From the NCBI GenBank assembly GCA_002269645.1, contig NIVC01004301.1, forward strand, positions 1 through 51,282: 51,282 bases of DNA. Reading direction: 5' to 3'. Under the pieces are notes generated by a model. It made no database searches. It worked only from the letters and a program-made list of their open reading frames with translations, and was not told where the DNA came from. Position numbers and translations under genes: made by a program. This document shows, piece after piece, positions 31,456 through 48,500 of this stretch. Position 1 is the stretch's first letter. Every line of letters begins with the position of its first letter. This stretch comes from Macrostomum lignano. Lineage: Eukaryota.

Positions 31456-34002
31456 ATGCCGAAACAGCCGGTTCAAGAAATCAAGTTAAAGGCAAAGTCC
31501 GAATCAAATCGAAGTCATTCGCCAAGTTCATCTATTGGGCCGAATAATCGAAAACTCCAGCAAGAAAACCTGTTGCTCCTGCAGTTTCGCAAGAAACTCG
31601 AAAGATCAGCAAGCGACCTAATGGCCCTGTGGACACCTGTGAGCATCTCGCTGCTCACTGCCAGCGTGATGACCATGATCAGACAGGCTGGCCAGCGAGA
31701 CACTTCAGCCGAAGATCATTGGGAGGATGTGCGGCATAATTTGCACAGCAGCAGAGGCGAGCTGCCGTTTCTTGAGCCCGAAATTGAACTCAATGCTGAG
31801 CGATTGATTGCTGCTAGCAACTCGGGCGGCATCAGCAAAGTTCACCTAGTACTCATCACCTGCGTTGTGGCTGTGGTTGTCATCGTCGTCATGTCATTCC
31901 TCATGGTACTGCTGCTCAAGCTGAGCTGTTTCCGATGCCTGAAGATCTACATCAGCGTCGCTTTTGTTATTCTGGGCGCGCATTTTGTTTTATTTTGGTT
32001 TTACACGGCTTCAAATGCGACAATGCTTCCGGTTGACTGGATAACCGCGATAGTGTGCGCCTACAACTTCTTGGGTGAGTCTTCTTGGGCGCAGCTGGTC
32101 TGAAAAAATCACCAACGGACACCAAGTAATGGACACTATAGATAGTAATATAGACTAGGCTCTGCATTCTGTGCGCGTTCGCAACAATTTAACGGACGAT
32201 TAGAAAGTCAGGGCCGCTGTATGTTCTCAGAAGTCAGTGGAATGGGCAGGATTGCCTCAGCGCTGTGGGTTGTGAGACGCCATAAGAGTACGAGACCTAA
32301 TCCAAATAAAAGTACACACAGGCATGTCCTCTCCGCCCCGCAGCCATTGTCGCGCTGTCTATGGCCATGGGCCAGTCGGCGCCAAAACGCCTAGTCCAGG
32401 CAGTCCACGTGGTCCTAGCAGCCACCGTGTCCTACATCATCTCCAACCTGCTGCTTGGCGGTAGTTTTGTCTACGCCAGCCTGCTCTGCGTCGCGTTCTC
32501 CCTGTGGGACCTGTTCGCGGTGCTGTGCCCCCGAGGCCCATTGAACAGTTTGATTAAAATGGCCGAAGCTGAGACTCGAGTAACTGACTTTATGCAGCCA
32601 CTTGTGTACACTGCCGCGGTATGGACGACTGTTACTGTGAGTTATTTTCAGTAGTATAGTGGGGACATACTACTGGTATGCAGCTCTTGATACCAGAGCT
32701 CGCATGAAGAATCATAAAAAGTTGCATTGTGCAGACTGACAGTTCAATTCTCGATCCGTTGAACCCTGAGCTGCATCATCTGTTGAATCCTGAGTTGCAT
32801 CATCTGTTGAATCCTGAGCTGCATCATCTGTTGAATCCTGAGCTGCATCATCTGTTGAATCCTGAGCTGCATCATCTGTTGAATCCTGAGCTGCATCATC
32901 TGTTGAATCCTGAGCTGCATCACCTGTTGAATCCTGAACTGCATCATCTGTTGAATCCTGAGCTGCATCACCTGTTGAATCCTGAACTGCATCATCTGTT
33001 GAATCCTGAGCTGCATCACCTGTTAAATCCTGAGCTGCATCACCTGTTGAATCCTGAGCTGCATCACCTGTTGAATCCTGAGCTGCATCATCTGTTGAAT
33101 CCTGAACTGCATCATCTGTTGAATCCTGAGCTGCATCACCTGTTGAATCCTGAACTGCATCATCTGTTGAATCCTGAGCTGCATCACCTGTTAAATCCTG
33201 AGCTGCATCACCTGTTGAATCCTGAGCTGCATCACCTGTTGAATCCTGAGCTGCATCAATTGTGGAATTCGTTGAAACCCAATTTTATTTTAGCGGCAGG
33301 GGCCTGTGTGCACCCTGGCGCACTTTAAGCGACATTGTCACACAACCGGCAAGTGGCATTCCTGCCCATTCCGCCGACTCCCCTGAGCAGGTACATGTAC
33401 GAGCACACAAGCGCGTGGATACGTACGCAGTCAAATGCACAGGCACACACTCACACAGGAGTGTACAGCGGCCCCAACTTTATTTATCGTTAGGCATGTA
33501 CACTTCACTGTGCTTTGGGGGTTGGCCCTCAATGCCGTTAATTGCACGCAAGCCGAGATTCCAATTTAGCCCCAAATTACTCGTAATGTGACTGCACTTG
33601 GAATCGAGCCTGGGCCGCTGGCACATCAGAGCGCCGCGCTGGACCGCTGGGCCCTCTCTGTTGTTGTTGAGTCCCAACCAATGGATCCCCATTCCGCAGG
33701 CGGTGACAGCCAAGCCAAAGGAGAAAATTCGAAGAGGCTCCCGTTTAGGCCTGGGCGACTTCATTTTCTACGGCGTGTTGGTTGCCACGGCAACCGTGCA
33801 GTGCGGCCCGGTGGGAGGCCTCGCCTGCTACGCTGCTCTGCTGCTCGGCTTCTGCCTGACCTTAGCTGGCCTGCGATGCCTGGGCAGAGCGCTGCCGGCG
33901 CTGCCTCTGCCTGTGGCCGCCGCCGTGGCCACCGTCTGCCTGTTGAACGGCTGCGGGATCGCCTACTTTGAGGCGCTGGCCGAGAGGCAGCTCATGGTGT
34001 GA
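31456..34002 (+). CDS. PSEN: Divergent presenilin (GxGD aspartyl protease). Exons 31456-32074 and 32344-32636, then either a cryptic exon 33700-34002 (404 aa) or the ancestral exon 32735-33282 + 33678-34002 (594 aa, now SINE-split)
   Basis: LWTPVS TM1, LLLKLSC, VDWIT, WDLFAVLCPRGPL (catalytic Asp 1), LVYT, LGLGDFIFY (catalytic Asp 2), RALPALP (PAL motif); splice phases are consistent. Confidence 0.9.
32762..33258 (+). repeat. 24-bp tandem repeat encoding (NPELHHLL)x20 plus a partial unit; probably coding, in the presenilin loop
   Basis: The only open plus frame; in phase with the exon 2 donor through the acceptor TGTGCAG| at 32734; all five variable sites are synonymous. Confidence 0.85.
33283..33665 (-). 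mobile_element. tRNA-derived SINE (~380 bp) inserted in presenilin
   Basis: On the minus strand: A-box-like GGCCCAGCGG, B-box-like GGCTCGATTCC and an A-rich tail; imperfect 12-bp TSD GTTGAAACCCAA (33271-33282) / GTTGAGTCCCAA (33666-33677); its 3' 110 bp match the four copies at 37690-39176. Confidence 0.8.
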
Positions 34003-34745
34003 CTCGATTCTGCTCATAGTGTGAGAGGATTCTGCTCATAGTGTGACTCGATTCTGCTCATAGTGTGGCTGGATTCTGCTCATAGTGTGGCTGGATTCTG
34101 CTCATAGTGTTACTCGATTCTGCTCATAGTGTGGCTGGATTCTGCTCATAGTGTGGCTGGATTCTGCTCATAGTGTGGCTGGATTCTGCTCATAGTGTGA
34201 GAGGATCCTGCTCATAGTATGACTGGATTCTGCTCATAGTGTGGCTGGATTCTGCTCATAGTGTGAGAGGATCCTGCTCATAGTATGACTGGATTCTGCT
34301 CATAGTGTGATTCGATTCTGCTCATAGTGTGGCTGGATTCTGCTCATAGTGTGACTGCATTCTGCTCATAGTGTGACTCGATTCTGCTCATAGTGTGGCT
34401 GGATTCTGCTCATAGTGTGGCTGGATTCTGCTCATAGTGTTACTCGATTCTGCTCATAGTGTGGCTGGATTCTGCTCATAGTGTGGCTGGATTCTGCTCA
34501 TAGTGTGGCTGGATTCTGCTCATAGTGTGAGAGGATCCTGCTCATAGTATGACTGGATTCTGCTCATAGTGTGGCTGGATTCTGCTCATAGTGTGACTGC
34601 ATTCTGCTCATAGTGTGACTGCATTCTGCTCATAGTGTAACTGCATTCTGCTCATAGTGTGACTGCATTCTACTCATAGTGTGACTGGATTCTGCTTATA
34701 GTGTGAGAGGATCCTGCTCATAGTATGACTGGATTCTGCTCATGG
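33990..34745. repeat. 22-bp minisatellite (GATTCTGCTCATAGTGTGGCTG)n starting at the presenilin stop codon
   Basis: Direct. Confidence 0.96.
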
Positions 34746-35733
34746 CATCTTTGAAGCTCATGGTGCGACAATATTATTCTCGTTCAGAAAATTTGTGCTC
34801 ATAATGTTATGTATATGAGCTCAATATAGGGCTTATAATGTGACCTAGCAGTTTGCTCATGTTGTTTTTATCTGCAATCTGGTGATCTGTCTCCCGAACT
34901 AATTTGATCGTCAATAAAATATCTATGTCTGTTCTCTTGAATTAATTTTTCACTAGCAACTTGCTAATAAAGTCGGTCAAACAAATTCATTCGTGTCCAT
35001 TAATTCTGAATAATCGTTTCGTTTTTTTTACAATTGCATAAAGAATGAACGCTGCTAATATAAAACTTCTCGGCTCTGCACAAGGTCCTGCGGATCTGTG
35101 AGTAACAGGGAGGGAAAGGGGGAGGAAAGGGGGAGAGGGGGTGGTAGAGGGGGAGGGGAGAGAGGGAGAGGAAGGGAGAGGGGGAGAGTGAGAGTGAGAG
35201 TTGATTACAGTGCATATTTTAGTGTGCAGTGCAGAAAATTTTGATACACAGGAGAGGCCGTTCAGAAGGCCAAAAATCTCGAGGCTTAAAAGAGAAGAAG
35301 TTGAAGTCTTGCAAGAAGAATGCAATAAGACCGTTTTCATATCATTTTTTCAGTCTACAGCTTATTACTAATAGCTCTGTGCGTACAGGCTGTGGGGGTA
35401 GGCAGGCTCACAATGTACACGCAGTGACCCTTGCGCGCCTGCGAACTCGAAGGAGACGGGGAGAGAGAGAGAGAGAGACGAACTCGCACCGCCATTACCT
35501 CCACCTCTTATCAGGGCCAATACATACCTATAACGAGATTTACGAATGCAAAACCATAACTGGAATTTGCAAGGGCTTTGGCTCGTAAAATTATTTGTTT
35601 ACATTTGTAATCCGAACTAGAAATAGATTCTCATTAACCAATAGCAGTAAAATTCGTTATAAACTTAAATTTCAATAAACTTTCAACCATTTGATACAAA
35701 ACTCGGCCTCCCTAACTTGCTTGCCAAAATAGC

Positions 35734-39971
<4,238 letters not shown>

Positions 39972-40654
39972 CAGATTATTAATCTATTTCTATGTGTGCA
40001 TCCGTAAAACAAAAATGTTTTTCAACTTTTTGATTACTCGACCTATTGGCATCGTTTCTCGATGCGCTACTATCAGTAGGGCGAAGTAGTATTACTCAGC
40101 TTCTGTTAATATAGTGTCATAATACTTAACTTCGGTAAAACTCGTAATTGGTGTTAGTACTTTTCCTTAGTAAAATATGCCACAATCAGTCACCCGTTAA
40201 ATTTGTTATAGTTAGTGTTAATTTTTATTATATAACACATTTTATACAATACTTTAATATATTTGCGATGCTACTCGCAACTATGACAAAAAGTAGTATG
40301 ATTGGGACTTTTTGTTTCATTTTGCGAGGTCAAATATAAAACAATTTGACTAAAATTTGTGTACATTGTTTAATTATTAATTAATAAATTGGTTCGAGTC
40401 ACATTTGATGACATTTTTCAGACTTTTATTTTGATTGCAATCAGAAATTCACAATTAGATTACTGTTGATGGACACATTGGAGAGTGACTGGACAATGCA
40501 ATACATGCCTCAACTGTCGTGCAGGTGCCACGAGTGATTCGTTAAGCATATTGGAATAATGGGAAGATTTGCTTTCCAATTATACCTGTCTGTATCCGTG
40601 TGTGTTAGCTTATCAATCAGCTAAATTGCTATTGTCTATCTGGTGCTGTGACTG

Positions 40655-40873
40655 CCTGACTGGCTGACTGACTGACTGACTGACTGACTGACTGACTGAC
40701 TGACTGACTGACTGACTGACTGACTGACTGACTGACTGACTGACTGACTGACTGACTGACTGACTGACTGACTGACTGACTGGCTGACTGACTGACTGAC
40801 TGACTGACTGACTGACTGACTGACTGACTGACTGACTGACTGACTGACTGACTGACTGACTGACTGACTGACT

Positions 40874-40913
<40 letters not shown>

Positions 40914-40999
40914 TACTGACCGACTGACTGACTGACTGACTGACTGACTGACTGACTGACTGACTGACTGACTGACTGACTGACTGACTGACTGACTGC

Positions 41000-41032
<33 letters not shown>

Positions 41033-41050
41033 TTGAGTGAGTGGGTGACT

Positions 41051-41086
<36 letters not shown>

Positions 41087-41098
41087 TACTGACTGACC

Positions 41099-41141
<43 letters not shown>

Positions 41142-41154
41142 TTGACTGAGTGGG

Positions 41155-41190
<36 letters not shown>

Positions 41191-41195
41191 TGACT

Positions 41196-41225
<30 letters not shown>
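40655..41225. repeat. (GACT)n microsatellite
   Basis: Direct. Confidence 0.97.
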
Positions 41226-41227
<2 letters not shown>

Positions 41228-42531
41228 AAGTGTTTGAAGTATGAAGTCACTATTCAGATACAAAAGTACTCCAGCCATGCCATCATGCAGCCATCAATAT
41301 ATTCTTGGAGCAAGTCTAAACGTTCATTTTTTTATCAAATATGTTTACAGCGTCAACGCTGAGAAAACTCTCGTGACGAACCACAGACAGAACGCAGTTT
41401 TGCCTGGCAGCATGGGTTTCAATAAGCTTTCTAAGAAGAGTTTTACGAGCGGGCAGGAATTATGGCTGCTCAGTCTCTCGCGGGGTGGGGGCGAGGGTCT
41501 GCAAAAAAATTCGGATTTGGCACGAAGCCGCAGGCCCTCAGTAACTCGGGGGAGAGAGAGAGATGGATAAGGCAGCCTCTCACTGCTCAGTCTACTGCAG
41601 TTGGCACCTTCGGACTCGAAGATGCTTCATTTTTCGAGAGCTCAGGTGCTAAAGGTAAATAAATAGAAAAATAGAGAATTTCATTTCTAGAATAGACACA
41701 CGCTTGGCGGGCTGAAAATTGTATTTTTTTATTTGAACGACTCCACAAGGAGCTCATTGTTGCTTTTGTCTAATTTTACTACGGTCGATGAAGCTCTGGC
41801 CCTGACGCCTTGGTCACACCTTTTCAGGGTTGCCTTCTGCGAGGCAGCCCGCCATGGAATCCTATGACACCTCATGCAATCAATGGACGATCAAGCTTTC
41901 CTTCTGCCAATAGGACAATCGCGCGAAGCTGGCATGCTTTCAATCGGAAGTTGCTTCATCAGATATTATCGACTTAAACTCAGAGAATTTATTATTGGAA
42001 ACTGTCAAACGCGAAAAAAATTAGAGCGAACTCACTGCTCCTGCTGTCTCTTTTATGAATTTCTTTCTAGCTGGATTTCTTCTTGTCCGAAGACTGTCTG
42101 TGGTAAATCCCCATCTGATCCTTTCGGAGCATACATGTATGGAAAGTTCGAGTGGCGTCATTCGAGTTTTGGTGACAGCACGTATACAGAACTACAGAAC
42201 GCTCTATTTCAATCCAGTTGTTGTTTTAATTCTGGTCGAACTCCATGGCCTGCTGTGCCATCCCCCAGACACACTGTCGCCCCAGCAAGCGTCTGACGGG
42301 AGTCGGTGCAGCCTCCTCATTGGCTGAGGGCCACCAGCCCTCTCTCTCCCTCACACCCAGTGCCGAAGCTGCCCACCCACCCCAAACGCCAATTGAAGGG
42401 CGGCTGCAGGTCCGGAGACCTCGCAGGCAATCAACCCGCCTGAATCTGCTTTAATTTCCTAGAGCTCTCCGTTGGCCTCGTCAACCATTTTGAAGACTTT
42501 CCTTTCCTAAGTTTCAAACAGCACAGGTGCA

Positions 42532-45500
42532 ATGAGGACCTCTGCTGCAGCAAGCATTTTGCTGCTACTGCGGCTGCTTATGCTGGCGCCAAACTCGCAG
42601 GGCAGCGGCGGCGGCGGCTCGGGAACAGACGGAGACGGCTACAGCTACTACGCCGACAACATCGCCTACCTGAACAACCTGTGCTATCACCGCAATGGCC
42701 GGGCCAAGTTCTGCCAGCCCCAGTTTGAGAACCTGGCCGTCAACAAGCGTGTGGAGGCCAGCAGCACCTGCGGAGCCACCCCGGTCAGAATCTGCCGCCG
42801 GGAGGGCCTGCGGCACAGCTGCGAAGTCTGCGACTCGTCAAGACCGAAGCTCAGCCACCCGGCCAGTCACCTGACCGACTATCACCTGCACGGCAGCTGC
42901 TGGGTGTCCGAGCCGCTGCGGCCGAACCTCACATCCGTGAACTTGACCATCAGCTTCCACAAGAAGCACACGGTTTACTACATGAGCATCACCGGCTGCG
43001 GTGTGCAGCTGCCCGACGCTATTGAGGTGTTCAAATCTGCCGACTACGGAGCTACCTGGCAGTTGTGGCACCTGTTCTCAAACAACTGCACCAGAGACTA
43101 CGGCAAGCGCGGCTACTCGTACCAGTTTCGCGAGATCATCCAGGCCAAGGAGGTCATCTGCAGCGACATCAACCTCATCACCAACATCAACGACCTTGGC
43201 GACAACCAGCTGCAGCAGCCGGTGCTCAGCTTCAGCACCAACTTCAACCGGTACTCAACTAACGGCAACTACGAGAAAGACCCCGTCATCATCGACTGGA
43301 TGCTGGCCACCGACATGCGGTTGGTGCTGCGGCGGCATCCGTTCAAGAACGGCTCCGTCTTGGCCCAGCCGTTCGCCTTCTCCAACCTGGACATCGGCGG
43401 CAGGTGCTTCTGCAACGGGCACGCCAGCAGGTGCGTCTCTAAGCCTGGCGGCGACGGCGGCCAGGTGTGCGAGTGCGCGCACGGCACCGAAGGCGACGAC
43501 TGCGAAAGGTGCAAACAGTTCTGGGTGGACCTGCCGTGGCGCAGGGGCACCCTGTCTGATCCGTCTGAGTGCAAGCGTGAGTAGCAGATATTTTGTCCAG
43601 GTATTTCCACTACTCGTCAATTATTGTGTTAGGTCGGTCTTCTGATAACTGGTCAGGTAAATGTGTCAAGGAAATTGTGTCAGGTCTCGCACTGGCGTCG
43701 CACCTGATCAAAGCTGAGCCGATGGGCAGGCAGTCGCTAACATTTCTAAACCGCTTCCAGTGCGCAACTTCACTGACTGCTGTTTGTCTAACTGGACTTG
43801 AAGTGAAAATCTCTGGGCTTTCGCTTAGCATAACCGCATGCTTTTTGCTGCGATTTATCTAACCTTGCTAATTCAATTATGCTCGTATGCATGACACCTC
43901 ACGGCCTGGGAGCCCTGATCACAGCTGAGAACAAGCAAGTAGACATAGGCCTATAGGTTAACAGAACTCAAAGAAAGTCTCAAGCTCTCACACAATGCCC
44001 TGTGCTCGGTCACGCAAGATGCGCTTTTTTGATTCGCCGTCCACCGCCTCACCTGAGCTGGGGCAGTCGGGATGGACGGGAGTTTCTTCTTCAACGGATT
44101 TCTTTCTTAACGACAATTCGAACGTGACTTTCGTTCCAAATTCCTCAAGTTCACATGGAGGAGCTCTGCGGGTCAGTGAGCACTGGAGAGCTCAATTCCC
44201 GAGCAATTCGAGTATCTTTTTCTTCGACTTGACAAATAAGAGATTTGTAGTCGAAAACCTCCAGGGAATTGGTCGTTTACTGAGAGACACACGAAGAAAA
44301 CAAACTACCGCAGGGCGCACAACCGCCGTGATTCGTCAAACGCATGCTTTGAAGATTAGTTCTCGCGTGGGCGGGAATCGAACCCAAGGTTACTTTTGGG
44401 TACTTTGGGGTAGAGGTGCGCGCAGGTACAGGCGTGTACAGGTAGAAGCGCGCACAGAGACGTGCACAGGTAGAAGCGTGCAGAGGTAGAGACGTGCACA
44501 GGTAGAAGCGTGCAGAGGTAGAGACGTGCACAGGTAGAGACGTGCCCAGGTAGAGACGTGCCCAGGTAGAAGCGTGCACGGGTAGAAGCGTGCAGAGGTA
44601 GAGACGTGCACAGGTAGAGGCACGCACAGGTTGAGGCACGCACAGGTAGAGGCACGCACAGGTAGAGGCGCACACAGGTAGAGGCGTGCACAGGTAGAGG
44701 CGCACACAGGTAGAGGCGTGCACAGGTAGAGGCGCACACAGGTAGAAGCGTGCACAGGTAGAGACGTGCACAGTTAGAGAAGCGCACAGGTAGAGGCGCA
44801 CACAGGTAGAGGTGGGGCACTATTTTGGCGCGAGAACTTACCGCTCCCGAGACACTCACTCTGCCTCTTGGATAATTTGTGTGCCGCTAAACGTAGATTA
44901 CTAACAGAAGACACCATTATAACCTGCTCGCTTTGCTTAACAACCGCATGCAGTCTAACACTAAACCGAATGCTTCCGTACCTAACCGCCCATCCCTCTG
45001 CGCTAGCCTGCAACTGCAACCTGCACAGCCAGCGCTGCAGCTTTGATCAGGCGCTGTACACCAAGGCGAGAGGCGGCGGCCGGTGCCAGCAGTGCGAGCA
45101 CAACACCGCTGGAGCTCACTGTGACACCTGCTCACCTGGCTATTATCGAGACCTGACCAAAGACATGACCAGTCCAAAAGCTTGTCAAGGTAAATATTTC
45201 AAGCATAATTATTGGGACTATCAACCGAACCCGATTAACAGGTTGCGACTGTCACTCGCACACCGATCGGTGCTACTTCGATGCCGCGGTGTTCCAGAGC
45301 AGCGCCGCTTCTGGCGGCAGCGGCAGCGGGGGCGTCTGCCTGGGCTGCCGGCACAACACCGCGGGCAGGCAGTGCAGCGACTGTCGGCCCGGATTTCATA
45401 GAAATCGCAATGTGCCGCCCGACAGCGCCAGGGCCTGCACTCGTGAGTTGGAGACGGAAATCTAGCAGTCAGGCGCCAAGTCTAGCAGTCAGGCGCCAAG

Positions 45501-48500
45501 TCTAGGAGTCAAGCGCCAAGTCTAGCAGTCAGGCGCCAAGTCTAGCAGTCAGGCGCCAAGTCTAGCAGTCAGGCGCCAAGTCTAATAATCAGGCGCCAAG
45601 TCTAGCACTCAGGCGCCAAGTCTAGGAATCAGGCGCCAAATCTAATAATCAGGCGTCAAGTCTAATCTATTAATCAGGCGCCAAATCTATAAATCAGGCG
45701 CCAAAGCTATTGATCAGGCGCCAAGTCTTGGAATCAAGCACCAAGTCTAATAATCAGGCGCCAAGTCTAGCAGTCAGGCACCAAATCTAATAATCAGGCG
45801 CCAAGTCTAGCAGTCAGGCCCAAGTCTAGGAATCAGGCGCCAAATCTAATAATCAGGCGCCAAGTCTAATCTATTAATCAGGCGCCAAATCTATAAATCA
45901 GGCGCCAAAGCTATTGATCAGGCGCCAAGTCTTGGAATCAGGCACCAAGTCTAATAATCAGGCGCCAAGTCTAATAATCAGGCGCCAAGTCTAATAATCA
46001 GGCGCCAAGTCTAGGAGTCAGGCGCCAAGTCTAATAATCAGGCGCCAAGTCTAATAAACAGGCGCCAAGTCTAATCTATTAATCAGGCGCCAAATCTATA
46101 AATCAGGCGCCAAAGCTAATAATCAGGCGCCAAGTCTAATCTATTAATCAGGCGCCAAATCTATAAATCAGGCGCCAAAGCTATTGATCAGGCGCCAAGT
46201 CTAGTAATCAGGCACCAAGTCTAGTAATCAGGCGCGAAATCTAGTAATCAGGCGCCAAGTCTAGTAATCAGGCGCCAAGTCTAATAATCAGGCGCCAAGT
46301 CTAATAATCAGGCGCCAAGTCTAGGAGTCGGGTTTTAAAAATGATTTAATATGGTTTAAGTTTTAGCTATCCCAGTCTACAGTCCAGTATCTATCTCTAG
46401 GAGTCCTTGAACAATAGCAGCTGTCAAATCGAACGGCATAGAGAATTTGGATTGCGCAATGGGGACTCGCGCCAGAGAAAGGCGTTAATACTCCATTGTG
46501 TACAGATAAGATAAGATAAGGTAGTTAGAGAGAAGGCACAAAAGATCAAAGGCGGCGCATTGGAAATTATATTATTATGACTGCATTCTATTCTAATTGA
46601 AATCTCCAGTTAGGCCTAACCAAACAGTTTTTATAGCAATTAAACCTCTGATTCACAAATTCTTGTTTATTTATTGTTCAATTTACGACGTCGCCGGTTG
46701 GATCGATAATTGGATAATTAATGTTATAACACCTGAACTCAAAATTATTATAATTTTCCAAGTCTGCAACTGCCACCCGTTGGGCTCGAGGAGCAATATC
46801 TGCGACGGCAGCAGCGGCCACTGCACCTGCAAGGATGGAGTTAGCGGAGACAAGTGCGACAGGTGCATGGCCGGCTACGAGCAGACTAATGACCCAGCAG
46901 TGCCTTGCAGGCGGATCGGTGAGGCTGGGGAGAGGGAGGCAGCAAGGTAGAGGGATAGTGAGAGGGAGAGTGGTAAAGAGAGAGGGGGAGAGAGAAAGAC
47001 AGAGACACATAGACACAGAGACACAGACACAGAGACACAGAGACACAGACACAGAGACACAGAGACACAGAGACACATAGACACAGAGACACAGACACAG
47101 AGACACAGAGACACAGAGACACAGAGACACAGAGACACAGAGACAGACACAGAGACACAGACAGACACAGAGACACAGACAGACACAGAGACACAGAGAC
47201 ACAGAGACACAGAGACACAGAGACACAGAGACACAGAGACACAGAGACACAGAGACACAGAGACACAGAGACACAGAGACACAGAGACGCAGAGACACAT
47301 AGACAGAGACACAGAGACAGACACAGAGACACAGAGACACAGAGACACAGAGACACAGCGACACAGAGACAGACACAGAGACAAGAGACACAGAGACAGA
47401 CACAGAGACACAGAGACACAGAGACACAGAGACACAGAGACACAGAGACACAGAGACACAGAGACAGACACAGAGACACAGAGACACAGAGACACAGAGA
47501 CACAGAGACACAGAGACACAGAGACACAGAGACACAGAGACACAGAGACACAGAGACACAGAGACACAGAGACACAGAGACACAGAGACACAGAGACACA
47601 TAGACAGAGACACAGAGACAGACACAGAGACACAGAGACACAGAGACACAGAGACACAGAGACACAGAGACACAGAGACACAGAGACACAGAGACACAGA
47701 CAGACACAGAGACACAGAGACACAGAGACACAGAGACAGACACAGAGACACAGCGACACAGAGACACAGAGACACAGAGACACAGAGACACAGAGACAGA
47801 CACAGAGACACAGCGACACAGAGACACAGAGACACAGAGACACAGAGACACAGAGACACAGAGACACAGAGACACAGAGACAGACACAGAGACACAGACA
47901 GACACAGAGACACAGAGACACAGAGACACAGAGACACAGAGACACAGAGACACAGAGACACAGAGACACAGAGACACAGAGACAGACACAGAGACACAGA
48001 CAGACACAGAGACACAGAGACACAGAGACACAGAGACAGACACAGAGAGAGGTTACTGCGTATCAGTTTAGTCAAATTAATTGGCGTCCTTCATCAGAAG
48101 ATTTCAAGGAAGAGATAGGTGATGGAAGAGGGAGTGAGAGAGAGAGAGAGAGGGAGAGAAGGTAGGGACTCCAATCTCCCTGACTGCAATCACTCTGACT
48201 AGAATATGAGCGTAGCTCCACCAGATACTCCACCAGAATCTCATGCAATTGCAAGAAAACGTTTTTCAAATGGATTTTTCAATCAATACCTTTAAGGTGA
48301 GGCCTGGAGGCCGCAGCCGCCGCCACCACCGCCGCAGCCACAACCGCAGCCGCAGCCGCAACGGCCGCAGCCACCGGCGCGCCAGCCGTCAAGACCATCA
48401 AGCTCGTCTGGATCTCGAGGCGACAGGCGCGGCAAACCAGGTGAATTCTCAAGTCACCTTGTGACCAGTGGTAGTTGGGGATTAAATTCAGTTTGGTTTA

